A stretch of DNA of 33,707 nt from a virus (IMGVR_UViG_3300048886_000287:1-33707); one strand, 5' to 3'. Counted from the stretch's first letter, positions 16,787-26,591 are shown. Numbers and translations: made by a program. Notes: generated by a model from the sequence alone, not told the origin.

Positions 16787-19088
16787 CTAAAGATACCTTT
16801 CCAGACCTGTAATCGTACCAAATTTTATTGATATCGTCTACATTTTTAGCCTGTGCTTTAAATTTATCTGTGAACAAGCCGCGTACTGCTTCCCATGTTA
16901 TTGATTGCATTTCTCTTGGTAAAACGCCTCTTTCTGTTGCTGCCCGGCGATACGCCTCTGCATACAAGCCGTAATTACCTTGAACACCAGTTACAGCGCT
17001 GTTTTTAGTCGCGCCTTTCCAGTCAGGTTTTTGTTTTGCAATCATAGGCGAACTACCAAAATTGTGATGCACCTCAGTCGATTGCCCAGATAACGGCCTC
17101 AGTAGAGATGCCGCAACAGCATGTGTGTCGATAGTTACATCACCATTAGGGCCGTCTGGATCTAATATATTATTATAAAAACTGCGAACTTTGTGTTTTG
17201 TACCCATAAGCGGCGTTAAAACATCTTTGCCACCGCCGCTCTCAAAAGCTTCTACCGCTTTCGCTATTTCTGTGATCGAACCCCAGCCAGTACCTTTTGG
17301 TTTGCCGTCAGCATTTGTTGCTATTTCAAGAAAATCACCTTCTGGCGAAACTATGCGGTGGCTTCTGTCGTTGTATGTCTCATCATAAATACGCAACCAA
17401 ATAGCTTTTTCTGCTGGCAGTTCTAGCTCACCAAGAGTTTTGCCAACAATGCTGTCTAGCATAGATTCTTTTAGCCAGCCGCCTTTGTACTTCATCATCT
17501 CTTTTGTAAATTTTGTATTTTGCTGCGATGCTAAAATGTCTATTGTGCGCTCACCCAAGCTGACATTCATATACCAATCTTTTTGCGGTGACAGCGCAGC
17601 TAATACTCCAGCAACGCTGGAATCTGGTATCTTATATTTATCGGCTAGTCTGTTTGCGATAGCGTTAGCGCCTTTATACCAAAGCTTTGATCGTTGTCTT
17701 GTCTGTTCTGGCACTTGGTCAAACACAAACAACAGATTATTTTTTGCATGATTTATAAATGCTTCGCTGGCTTCCTCTGTTGGTAAAGCAGCTTCAGCCT
17801 CTGTCATATTTGGATAGGCTCTTACAATACCAACATTATGATCAAATATTTTTGGGTCAGTTTTTATTTCGTCTAAGCCAATTTGCAAAGGCTCATTGAC
17901 CGGGTCTTCTGTTGATTTCACCGCCGTTGGTAATCGTGTTGATATTCTATTAGGGTTTGCCGTTGTTCCGACAGCCCTGCCAGCCGCAGATATAGCCTCA
18001 TCGATCATTGGCATAGGATCAACGCCAGCCCCTAGCGTCACGCTATTGTCAGCTTGGCGCTCAGCAATCCGGGCATCAGCCGCATCACCAGCCCGGCCTA
18101 TGGCGCGCTTGGTTCCATCGATGATCTGGCCGAATGGTATTAGCCGGGCAGTCTTGATAGCGCCCTCAACTACGCCACCAATGATGCCGCCCTCTAGGGC
18201 TGTCTTGGCGCGCTTCGTTAGTTCGCCGTCAGTGTCGTATTTTTCTATCTGAGACAGAAACGCTTGCAATACAGCGTTGCGCTCTTCTGGCGGTGCCATC
18301 TCAAGATGCTCAGTGATAACATTGGCAAGCGTGGGGTCATCTGGGTTGAACGCTGTAAAATCAGCAATAGCGCCCCAGATCATGCCGCGCGCCACCGGGT
18401 TATATGTGGTCATAGCTCTGACCATCTTTGCAGCCGGTACAGCGGCAACGCTGAATTGTGTTATTGTCTCAGTAAGATTGCCAAGGGTTTCGTTGTCATA
18501 AGGCTGGCTTGCCCAATCAACTATAGCGTCAGGCATTGGGATCGCATCGTTCACAAAGCCTTTATAGCTATCCATCATGCCTTTCATTGAATCAATGTCA
18601 CCAAAGGCGTTTTTAACCGGCTCCATGCCAACAGCCTCTAACCCGACATTCATAACATTTTTGGCTAGTTCAACAGGCGCGCCAGCTATAAATGCCGCTG
18701 CATCAAGCATTTCACTAGCGCCCTTGTCAGCTCCAATAAACATGCCCTTTGATATGTCATTTGTAATGGAACTATCGACAGGCCCGGCTGACATGTTACC
18801 AAGTGTAACGCCCCTATCATCTGCATCTAGTGGGGGAAACGGCTCTAAGCCAATGGCTCTCATTTCGTCCGCTAGTTCGTATCGTTCAAATTCAACATCA
18901 CCATCAAAATCAATATCTGACATTGGCCGAAATGAATCTTGCAAAACATTGGTAACCGGCTCTGACCCGGTGACCATGCCCTCTTCATTAAACAATGGGG
19001 TTGGCTCAGTATCTGAAACCTTGCCCACTGGATCAATGATTTGCTCTGCGTCTAGTGAGGGTGAGGCTTTTGTCATATCCATTATCAA
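16725..19088 (-). CDS. Internal virion protein fused to a C-terminal HhH-GPD/EndoIII-like (DUF7178-like) domain
   Basis: N-terminal acidic and Gly/Ala helical ejection-protein-like region; C-terminal 'LWY', 'AALSPQKDW..N', 'HKVRSFYNNI', 'VTIDTHA', 'MQSITW'. Confidence 0.7.
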   Translation of the reverse strand: MIMDMTKASPSLDAEQIIDPVGKVSDTEPTPLFNEEGMVTGSEPVTNVLQDSFRPMSDIDFDGDVEFERYELADEMRAIGLEPFPPLDADDRGVTLGNMSAGPVDSSITNDISKGMFIGADKGASEMLDAAAFIAGAPVELAKNVMNVGLEAVGMEPVKNAFGDIDSMKGMMDSYKGFVNDAIPMPDAIVDWASQPYDNETLGNLTETITQFSVAAVPAAKMVRAMTTYNPVARGMIWGAIADFTAFNPDDPTLANVITEHLEMAPPEERNAVLQAFLSQIEKYDTDGELTKRAKTALEGGIIGGVVEGAIKTARLIPFGQIIDGTKRAIGRAGDAADARIAERQADNSVTLGAGVDPMPMIDEAISAAGRAVGTTANPNRISTRLPTAVKSTEDPVNEPLQIGLDEIKTDPKIFDHNVGIVRAYPNMTEAEAALPTEEASEAFINHAKNNLLFVFDQVPEQTRQRSKLWYKGANAIANRLADKYKIPDSSVAGVLAALSPQKDWYMNVSLGERTIDILASQQNTKFTKEMMKYKGGWLKESMLDSIVGKTLGELELPAEKAIWLRIYDETYNDRSHRIVSPEGDFLEIATNADGKPKGTGWGSITEIAKAVEAFESGGGKDVLTPLMGTKHKVRSFYNNILDPDGPNGDVTIDTHAVAASLLRPLSGQSTEVHHNFGSSPMIAKQKPDWKGATKNSAVTGVQGNYGLYAEAYRRAATERGVLPREMQSITWEAVRGLFTDKFKAQAKNVDDINKIWYDYRSGKVSLDEARSAVTEQAGGINPPSWQ

Positions 19089-20794
19089 TCCCCCAACAGA
19101 TCAATGTAATATCTTAATATTCTAAGCCGCTTTGTAATTGCATCCGCTTTTGCTGGATAGTCTTGCGCGACTTGGGTCAAATGGCTTATTGCCCTACCAA
19201 TGTCATATCTGCCGTCTGCCCCTCTAGGCATTTTTGGTATAGGTGAGCTTTCGCCACCTAAAGTTTTTCTGTCCAAATAATTCATCATTTTGGTTAATTG
19301 GACAGTCACAAGGTTATTCAAATTTTGCTTTTCATCTTTTATAAGCTCAAGCATTTGTTTTCGTAGTACAGCGTTAGATGGGTTTCTGCCGCCGTTAGCT
19401 ATGCGAAATTCGTTTTCAAATTCGTCAAGCTGCCCACTCACCTTATAAAAAGACGCTTTAGCTTGTTCTTCATAATCTTTGATAGGATCTCCAACATTGG
19501 CGTAATAATTAAATTTATTTCTGGCAACCTTTAAAATATCGCCTCTTTGTTCTTTGACTAAAACGCCAACCGCATCCATAAATGTTTTAAAAGATGCTTG
19601 AGTTAGCAAGTTTCGTCTTGAGGTGACATCGTCTGCAACTAATTTTCCCTCAATTTTTAAACCCTGCAACAGTGTAAAAGTCTCGCCGTCATCACCTTGG
19701 TCTGTTGTCCGAAAGACCGCATCACCATTTATTTCCAGATCTTCAATAGCGTTTTGGTCTGCCGCTGTTAGAAAATCAGCAGCTTGTAAAACTTTTTTTA
19801 TTTTAGCGCGCTCAGCCGGGGTTTTATTGCGCTCAAACAAATCGTTTCGCATCTTTGTTAATTTTGTTTTTTCTTCTTTTTCTCTTGCTGTTTTCTCTTT
19901 TTCTTCCCTGTCAGCGGCTTTGTAAGCAGCGTCTTCAAGCTTTTTTAGCAACTCAATTCTTGCTTGTTGATCTGGCATTGTCGCAAGCATGTGCATTCCA
20001 AACCCGGCATTCGGGTGTTCCCCTGCAAGGTCTTGTGCTTTTTGGCCGCCAGCTTTTAATTGTTTGAATGCTGCTACTGGGTTTTCTTGCTCATTAAAAA
20101 ACAGTGACATTGCAGCTTCAGCAATGCTGCTATGCGATTTATTCAATTTTGCTTGCAAATCGTCTGATGCCAATAAACCCTCTGCAACAAGTTGACGGCC
20201 AGTATTCAAGATATCAAATTTAGCGTTAGCATAATTGTTAAGCATTTGCTTTGCGTCAGGGTTGCTTTTGAAATTATTAATATTTCCATAACTCAATGTG
20301 AGGTTTTCCAGCTCTGTATCGAACAGCGCTAATCTTGATGCAACAACTCGCTTGTCAATTTCTACGCGCAATTTTGATCTATGTTCAGCCGCTTTGGCTG
20401 CAAATTTTGTGTTAAATCTTTTTTGCGCGTAAATGTTAAGGCCACTTGTGGAAGCGGCTCTGATATCATTTACATTACCCATCCAATTATTGGGGCCGGT
20501 GAGATCATCATTAAAGACAGATGTTGGGTCTGCAACACGGCTCAAACGGCTTACCTCTGATTCAAGTGCGGCATCAGCCCCAGCCAGAGCCATATCAGCC
20601 GCAAGATCACCTTCAGATCTAATTCGCTTATCTAGGAAATTAGATATTAGTGATGCCGCTGTTGATGCTGTTTGACCTTCAGCAAGTGCCGCTTGGATAT
20701 ATGGACGGCTGTCTTTTTGAGCGCGCGTGTAGCTAATCATCCCGGTATCTGTCGTGGGTGTAGCTTGGCTCTGATAAACCGGCACTCTAGGCAT
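19085..20794 (-). CDS. Internal virion protein (gp15-like position)
   Basis: 569-aa helical protein with an 'MPRVPVY' start; synteny. Confidence 0.65.
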   Translation of the reverse strand: MPRVPVYQSQATPTTDTGMISYTRAQKDSRPYIQAALAEGQTASTAASLISNFLDKRIRSEGDLAADMALAGADAALESEVSRLSRVADPTSVFNDDLTGPNNWMGNVNDIRAASTSGLNIYAQKRFNTKFAAKAAEHRSKLRVEIDKRVVASRLALFDTELENLTLSYGNINNFKSNPDAKQMLNNYANAKFDILNTGRQLVAEGLLASDDLQAKLNKSHSSIAEAAMSLFFNEQENPVAAFKQLKAGGQKAQDLAGEHPNAGFGMHMLATMPDQQARIELLKKLEDAAYKAADREEKEKTAREKEEKTKLTKMRNDLFERNKTPAERAKIKKVLQAADFLTAADQNAIEDLEINGDAVFRTTDQGDDGETFTLLQGLKIEGKLVADDVTSRRNLLTQASFKTFMDAVGVLVKEQRGDILKVARNKFNYYANVGDPIKDYEEQAKASFYKVSGQLDEFENEFRIANGGRNPSNAVLRKQMLELIKDEKQNLNNLVTVQLTKMMNYLDRKTLGGESSPIPKMPRGADGRYDIGRAISHLTQVAQDYPAKADAITKRLRILRYYIDLLGD

Positions 20795-20809
20795 TAAGCA
20801 ACTCCATAA

Positions 20810-21358
20810 TTAAACACTGAAATTATCCCAATAGGATTGTGAGAACATGCCATAGTCGCTGGCGTTACCAATAGTAGTGCCAAGCCCAGTGAGCAAAGCA
20901 GTTGTGCCTTGAGCCGCATAGGCTGATGCTTGGGCCTGACCGCCCATGCGGCTGACCTTGGCGCGCATCCCGGCCTCGACCTTGCGGTCTTCTTGCTCAA
21001 GAATTGCTATAGATGTGTTGTAAGCATCAATGGATAATTCATATTCAAACTCAGCGGCTGACGCTAATTCCGCTGTGACAGGCGCGCCCCGGCTAAGCTC
21101 TATGCCGCCACCACCAAATATTGCGGTGCCGGTTCCTCTAAACCTTCTAAATGCTTTGCCTTTGCGCTCGTTAGATATTTGAAGATTACGGCCAAGGATT
21201 TCAATCTGGCGGTCTGCAATATCAATGTCGCGCTCAATAATCTTGGCGTTTTCTTCGCCAATGGCCTTTGCAAACGCAGCCGCTTTATCACCAGCTTTCT
21301 TTTCTTGATACGCGCCATAGAGACTAAGGCCGACTGATGCTATTTGCCAAAAGCTCAT
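20810..21358 (-). CDS. Internal virion protein (gp14-like)
   Basis: 182 aa, Gly/Ala-rich ends and a coiled-coil middle; follows tail tube B. Confidence 0.7.
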   Translation of the reverse strand: MSFWQIASVGLSLYGAYQEKKAGDKAAAFAKAIGEENAKIIERDIDIADRQIEILGRNLQISNERKGKAFRRFRGTGTAIFGGGGIELSRGAPVTAELASAAEFEYELSIDAYNTSIAILEQEDRKVEAGMRAKVSRMGGQAQASAYAAQGTTALLTGLGTTIGNASDYGMFSQSYWDNFSV

Positions 21359-21366
21359 TACTTACC

Positions 21367-23622
21367 TCAACTATCAAAAGTGTTCATGCGTGGATAAACT
21401 GCCAGAACTGTTAGCGGCAGCGGCTGGGTTTGCTGAATAACGATCTGATCGTCTTCCTCAAAGCCGCCCCGGAACTCAATCTCTTTATCGCCGGTAAACA
21501 ACTCAACAGCGGCAGACATGGCCATAGAGCTGTCTCTAAAGGGTATGCGGTCAACTGTGGCTACAGAGCTGCCAACCTCAACACCGACAGTCTCATGGAG
21601 CCGCAAGGTTATGTCGTGAATGCGCTTAATCTTTCCCTGACTTGTCCCATCAACACTGCCGCTCTCAAGCCGTAGCGTTGTCAATCTGCTTGTGTATCCC
21701 AAACCAACCGCCGCTGTTGTTGCCGATACATCTAACGAAATGCCGCCAGAGGCCACAGTTTCATTTGTGTGCGTTGCACCATTCGCCAAAACACTGACGC
21801 TTTGACCAGTTAAGTGATACAGCCCGGACAAGGATGTAGCGGCTGATCCAGCATAAGCCAGACCGCTATCAACAAAGAATGCACCTGATGCTACAGATCC
21901 AAAATCAAACGGCTTCATGCGCTCGACATAGCGCTTGGTGACAGAATTGATTGTGCGCTTTACTATCATGTAAAGCTCATCCTCACTATCCTCTGTCGGC
22001 AGCGTGGCAATGCTTTCGACTAGCCCATAGTCATATGTGGCTGATGCGAGAGAACCATGTGTGCCGGTGTATGTGCCGCCAATCTTATGCTGGTGCCACG
22101 CAACCACCTCTTCTTCCCGGCGATATGTCATGCCGATAAGCTGGCCATCATTGCGAATCATCCAGACAATGCTGTCAGGCTCTTGTTGGTAGGCCATATC
22201 AGCCATGCCGCCTTGAGTAATATGTTCCGACAGGATTGTCATATCAGCCGCTGCATAGCCGCTGGCATTGATCTCGCCAGAATATTTAAACTCTCTCAGC
22301 TTGCGCTTGGCGCGTTGTAGAAAAAGCGTCACATCAGCGACTTGAACCGGCTCCAGCGCCGCTGTGCCATAGTTAGAATATTTGCGGATCTGGGCGTTTG
22401 TTGGCGTGATAGGCCCATCATTAGTGGTGGTCAAAACAAACTCACCACCAGATGTGCCGATAGTCAAAACTCGTGTCGCTGCTAAATAGCGTATGTTGTT
22501 CACTTGGTTCGATGCAATCTGGTAAATGATGGCATCATCGTCATTAGTGCCAGCCGTAAAGTTCTCATAATCGCCAGACTTTGACATGAATATTGATTGC
22601 GGCTCGTTGGTGGTTGCCGCAAAAATCAGACGCTGTTCAAAGAATGTGACGGCAGATGGATAGCCGGTTGTGCCGCTGAATGCACCTAGCGCCCAGTTAG
22701 TCGTTGCGCTTGACGCTGACAGAGTAGCGTTTATCGTTACCGCAACATTTTGCGCGTCAGTAAATGCCGTGATTGTGGCGTTGCCGCCGGGGAGGCTCAC
22801 CAGCCGCCCTACATCTGTAGCGGCAAAAAGGTTAGCTGATGCAACCAATGCCACCCCAGTGCCGCTTGTAGCGCCGGGATTAAGCGTTGTGGCCGTTGTG
22901 TTTGTATCCAGATAAGGGCCGTCAATAAGATCGCATTCTGTAAATGTCCAAGCGTCATGGTCAGTTCTTGTCAGTTTTCGTGGCGCATAATCTTGATGCA
23001 CAATAAACATGGTGTCGGCTGATTGTACAAATCTTAGATCTGGAAGGGCAGCTTCCGGGTATGGTGATGCAATCTTGGTAAGCTTATCGGCAGTGCCGCC
23101 AGAGGTATATGTGGTAAAATTAGTTGTATCGATAGCAACGCCAAACAAATCAGTCAGCGTGAATGTGTTGGTTGCAACATTGGCCACAAGATAGTTTCGG
23201 CCATTTAGCTCAGTCATGCCGCCGACTGATGAAATAAATATCTCATCACCATTGCTAAAGCCGTGACTGTTGCTAGTTAAAACACCCGGTGATGCTTTTG
23301 TTGCGGCAGTAATGTTTTTAGCTGTGTCGAGAACATAGCCGCCATTGCGGATAATCCGCATGGTGCTATTGCCAAACTCTAGGATGTAAGTATCAGTCGT
23401 TTTAAACTGAAAAGGTATAAGTCTGCCTTTTACAGCGCTGTTTTGGATTTCTCCAATATATTCTGTACCCGGACGGCGTGATGCACCGCCATGTGGGTGA
23501 ACCACCATATTTAGTAACTCAGCCGCGCCTTGCCGGTATTTATCAAGATCAACCCGGCCCTCTAGCCTTGGCGATAGCTCACCGGCAACAAAGCTCGTTA
23601 ATGATGGTGCAGAACGCGCCAC
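21367..23622 (-). CDS. Tail tubular protein B (nozzle, T7 gp12-like)
   Basis: 'SFVAGELSPRLEGRVDL..Y', 'GGASRRPGT', 'YPSAVTFFEQRLIFA', 'QEPDSIVW', 'AWHQH'; 751 aa. Confidence 0.88.
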   Translation of the reverse strand: MARSAPSLTSFVAGELSPRLEGRVDLDKYRQGAAELLNMVVHPHGGASRRPGTEYIGEIQNSAVKGRLIPFQFKTTDTYILEFGNSTMRIIRNGGYVLDTAKNITAATKASPGVLTSNSHGFSNGDEIFISSVGGMTELNGRNYLVANVATNTFTLTDLFGVAIDTTNFTTYTSGGTADKLTKIASPYPEAALPDLRFVQSADTMFIVHQDYAPRKLTRTDHDAWTFTECDLIDGPYLDTNTTATTLNPGATSGTGVALVASANLFAATDVGRLVSLPGGNATITAFTDAQNVAVTINATLSASSATTNWALGAFSGTTGYPSAVTFFEQRLIFAATTNEPQSIFMSKSGDYENFTAGTNDDDAIIYQIASNQVNNIRYLAATRVLTIGTSGGEFVLTTTNDGPITPTNAQIRKYSNYGTAALEPVQVADVTLFLQRAKRKLREFKYSGEINASGYAAADMTILSEHITQGGMADMAYQQEPDSIVWMIRNDGQLIGMTYRREEEVVAWHQHKIGGTYTGTHGSLASATYDYGLVESIATLPTEDSEDELYMIVKRTINSVTKRYVERMKPFDFGSVASGAFFVDSGLAYAGSAATSLSGLYHLTGQSVSVLANGATHTNETVASGGISLDVSATTAAVGLGYTSRLTTLRLESGSVDGTSQGKIKRIHDITLRLHETVGVEVGSSVATVDRIPFRDSSMAMSAAVELFTGDKEIEFRGGFEEDDQIVIQQTQPLPLTVLAVYPRMNTFDS

Positions 23623-23624
23623 TG

Positions 23625-24224
23625 TTAGAACCGGCTTTCAATAAGGTCAGAGGCTTCAAACTTAGCTGCCGCACCCTCTGTTGCATCCACAAACCGGGCT
23701 TCCTTAATTTTTTCATCATAAAGAGCTTTAGTTGTACTGATCATCGCATTACTGCCGGTGATGGCATAGCAGATCTCCATCGCCAGCCGGGCGGCAAGCG
23801 TATCGATTAACAGCGTGTCATATTGGTTTGGATCTTCAATGCGCGCTATATATTTAATTAGGACAGTTCCCTCATCGCTTAGCAGCTCCCTGCCCTCAAT
23901 GACATAGACCGGGCCACCATTGTTGCTGGTCATATTGTCTTGTGGATACATCAGGGTGCCATTGCTGAACTCTAGGACACGCAGACAGTCGGTTGGCAAG
24001 GTATATTGATGCAGATAGCCAAAAGCCGGTGCAACGGCGTTCTGAGCCAAATCAGCGCGTTTAATTAAACTGTTCCAGTTATGACTACGAAACACAGCAT
24101 CACGCACCAGCTCGTAACGCTGGTTGATCAAACGCCCAGCCTTTGAATCTTCAGTCAGGCTTGTGATGTTTGTCGCGCCAAGCGTGTTGAGCGCGGCATT
24201 AGAAATGTCCACGGCTGATGGCAT
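23625..24224 (-). CDS. Tail tubular protein A (adaptor, T7 gp11-like)
   Basis: 'VDISNAALNTLGA..ITSL.E', 'HNWN', 'YTLPTDCLRV'. Confidence 0.88.
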   Translation of the reverse strand: MPSAVDISNAALNTLGATNITSLTEDSKAGRLINQRYELVRDAVFRSHNWNSLIKRADLAQNAVAPAFGYLHQYTLPTDCLRVLEFSNGTLMYPQDNMTSNNGGPVYVIEGRELLSDEGTVLIKYIARIEDPNQYDTLLIDTLAARLAMEICYAITGSNAMISTTKALYDEKIKEARFVDATEGAAAKFEASDLIESRF

Positions 24225-24309
24225 AGCTATACCTCATTAAATAGAAGGGGGTTGGGTCAGACGCAACGTAAGGTACGAAAGGGAGTATGAATCGCCTGAC
24301 CCAAGCTTT

Positions 24310-24768
24310 TTAGTCTAGGACATATTCCATTGTGAGTTCGATCAGGCCAGTGCCGTTGGCACCAGCTAAACTCACAGTAATTGGAATGCCATCCTGATCA
24401 GCATCAACCACAGAATTTAGACCCAGTGCAGCGGTTAGGCATGCACCGACAGTGGTGATTGATGTTGAAGCGGCAGCGGCTTTGTACTCATCTACATCAG
24501 CGGCAACGGTTGTACCGGCTGCATTTTTGTACTCAGCATGCCCAACAGACAATGTTGTTGATGAACCAAGTGCCGCATGGACAAGCTGACCGCTAAGAAT
24601 GCGCGCTCCATTCGGCAAATTGAACATATGGATGTCTGATTGCTCAGCGGAAGCTGTGTAGCTTCCATAAGCAATACGAACACGCCCACCTTGCTCAATA
24701 GGCTTGATCTTTTCAGTCGGATCGTTTTGATCCCACTTGGTCTTCTGGTCAGAATAAACTGTACCCAT
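24310..24768 (-). CDS. Probable capsid decoration / minor virion protein
   Basis: 152 aa, beta-rich, directly after the capsid gene; strong AAGGAG RBS. Confidence 0.6.
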   Translation of the reverse strand: MGTVYSDQKTKWDQNDPTEKIKPIEQGGRVRIAYGSYTASAEQSDIHMFNLPNGARILSGQLVHAALGSSTTLSVGHAEYKNAAGTTVAADVDEYKAAAASTSITTVGACLTAALGLNSVVDADQDGIPITVSLAGANGTGLIELTMEYVLD

Positions 24769-24802
24769 TTTAGTCTCCTTTAACTAACTGTATTTAAACA
24801 GT

Positions 24803-25660
24803 TTACTCGTTACATAGCACCTGAATTACTTTGGCTTCTTCCATCCTCGTTGCACCAAATGAGGCACAATAATAGACTTGAGTTGCGTAAGATTTATCAG
24901 GACGCTGGGTGATCTCAGCCTTGATGTCTTTACCAATAGCCAGCTTCATTCCATCTTCAGCCCATGCATAGCACTGGCGTGATGTGCCATCGTCTTTCAA
25001 ACGATTGCTTACAATGAATTTGAACCCGACAAAGGAATCGACAGTTCCAGTTGCTAACGCTTTGACTGTGTTAAAGTCAGCGCTAGTGACACTTGTTGTG
25101 TTCAACAGATCTTCAATTTGCTCTGGTGAAACAACAATGTAACGATTGATCGATGGATCAACGCTACCAGCATCAAGTAGCTTTTTAGCTGTGATCAGCT
25201 TTGCAACAGTCAGTCCAGCGGAACCATGAGCAATAACATTGCCAGCCGGTAGCGCTGTTGATGTTGAGCCAGCCTTGCCTGTTTTGGCAGAGGCATTGAA
25301 CGCAGCAATGATAGAATCGTCCATCGCCCTTCCCAATGCGTTGGCGGCTGCCTTTGCATATGAGCTTTCGGGGCTGGCAAGCATTCTGATGCGGTCTTGA
25401 TCGTCAATCAGGTCAGCATATTCGTAGTCATTTAGCGTGACCATTCTGCGATCATGTGGTGTTTCCATTAACGGAGTATCCGCATGACGAGTGGTTCTAA
25501 GAGCTGCCGCTGCTGATCCGATTTGATCGAAAAAGGCTTTTTCGCCATTTACAGATTCGGAATCAACTGTATCACGCAACAAGCTACCTTGCTGCTGTGA
25601 AAGCATTGTCACATTTGCTGAAAACTGGTTCACAAATGCGGTTGTAATTTGAGTTGACAT
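24803..25660 (-). CDS. Major capsid protein (285 aa)
   Basis: 'MSTQITTAFVNQFS', 'DFNTVKALATG.VDSFVGFKFIVSNRL', 'FGATRMEE'; GGAGGG RBS supports the start at 25660. Confidence 0.9.
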   Translation of the reverse strand: MSTQITTAFVNQFSANVTMLSQQQGSLLRDTVDSESVNGEKAFFDQIGSAAAALRTTRHADTPLMETPHDRRMVTLNDYEYADLIDDQDRIRMLASPESSYAKAAANALGRAMDDSIIAAFNASAKTGKAGSTSTALPAGNVIAHGSAGLTVAKLITAKKLLDAGSVDPSINRYIVVSPEQIEDLLNTTSVTSADFNTVKALATGTVDSFVGFKFIVSNRLKDDGTSRQCYAWAEDGMKLAIGKDIKAEITQRPDKSYATQVYYCASFGATRMEEAKVIQVLCNE

Positions 25661-25769
25661 ATTGTCACCCTCCACATTTAAAGTTGAAATTTAAGTGAGT
25701 TTTCGTTCCAGTTATCCAGCTCAGCCGGGCTTGAACTATGGTAGGCGTAGGCGTAGGGGGCCGTAAGGC

Positions 25770-26585
25770 TTATCCCTCAACAGGCTCTGGGAATTGGAAC
25801 CCCCGGAGCCTTAAAACTTCTGCAACATCCTGTTCATGTGCTGGATGCTTTTTATCCCAATAGGGCATTCCTTGAGCGGTTAATTCATTAACTTTTCGCG
25901 CGGCCTCATCTGGTGTCATCACCAATTCGGTTGTCACGCCCTCAAGGGTATCTTCTCCAAGCTGGTCAGCCAGCCCGGCAAACAGTTTAATAATGAATGG
26001 GTGATCGCCAAGCGGCAGACCATTATCCAATTTTATTTGATCCCAAATATCTGGATCGATGCCCATCGCTCTACCGGCGGCGGCAGCGCGATCATGCTTT
26101 GCATCGTATCCAGCGCCAAATTCTTCACGCAACTCAGCATCCCATTGCTGTGATACTGCATCCATGTTGGCTTGCGCTGCCTCATTGCCAGCCAATGATT
26201 GCTTTTGCAAAAACTCAGCCGTTGCTTGTGCGTGTCGTGGCAACATGCCATTAGACGCTGCCATTTCTTTAAATGATTGCAGCATGTTTTCTTCCAACGC
26301 CACATTCTGTAATTCGTAGCCATCAGCATTGCTTGGCGCTCCAAGCTTTTGAAAGATCGGCATCCAATCATCATCATTAGACCCGGAGCCGGGTATTGCA
26401 ATTTTATCTGCACCAATCATGCGCTGTGCGTGGACATGGCTTTTTGCTAATTGTCCAACATCTGTAAAATTTTTAAGTGACGGCTCATGCCTCAGTTCTT
26501 CTGGCAAACTATCCAGAAAGCCAATCGGGGCCGCTTCCTGAGATCCGCTATCGTCAACCGGGGTTGTCTCAACTTGGTCATTCAT
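25770..26585 (-). CDS. Capsid scaffolding/assembly protein
   Basis: Acidic; 'LAKSHVHAQRMIG', 'LREEFG', 'PYWDKKHPAH'; sits between portal and capsid genes. Confidence 0.82.
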   Translation of the reverse strand: MNDQVETTPVDDSGSQEAAPIGFLDSLPEELRHEPSLKNFTDVGQLAKSHVHAQRMIGADKIAIPGSGSNDDDWMPIFQKLGAPSNADGYELQNVALEENMLQSFKEMAASNGMLPRHAQATAEFLQKQSLAGNEAAQANMDAVSQQWDAELREEFGAGYDAKHDRAAAAGRAMGIDPDIWDQIKLDNGLPLGDHPFIIKLFAGLADQLGEDTLEGVTTELVMTPDEAARKVNELTAQGMPYWDKKHPAHEQDVAEVLRLRGFQFPEPVEG

Positions 26586-26591
26586 TTTGGT

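Noticed and set aside
24286-24312. 8-codon plus-strand ORF after AGGGAG
   Set aside because: SD-ATG spacing is 1 nt; better explained as the complement of the hairpin loop.
25655-25667. Fourth operator copy TGACATATTGTCA at the capsid start
   Set aside because: Half-site spacing is 5 rather than 7 and it overlaps the ATG, so it may be coincidental.
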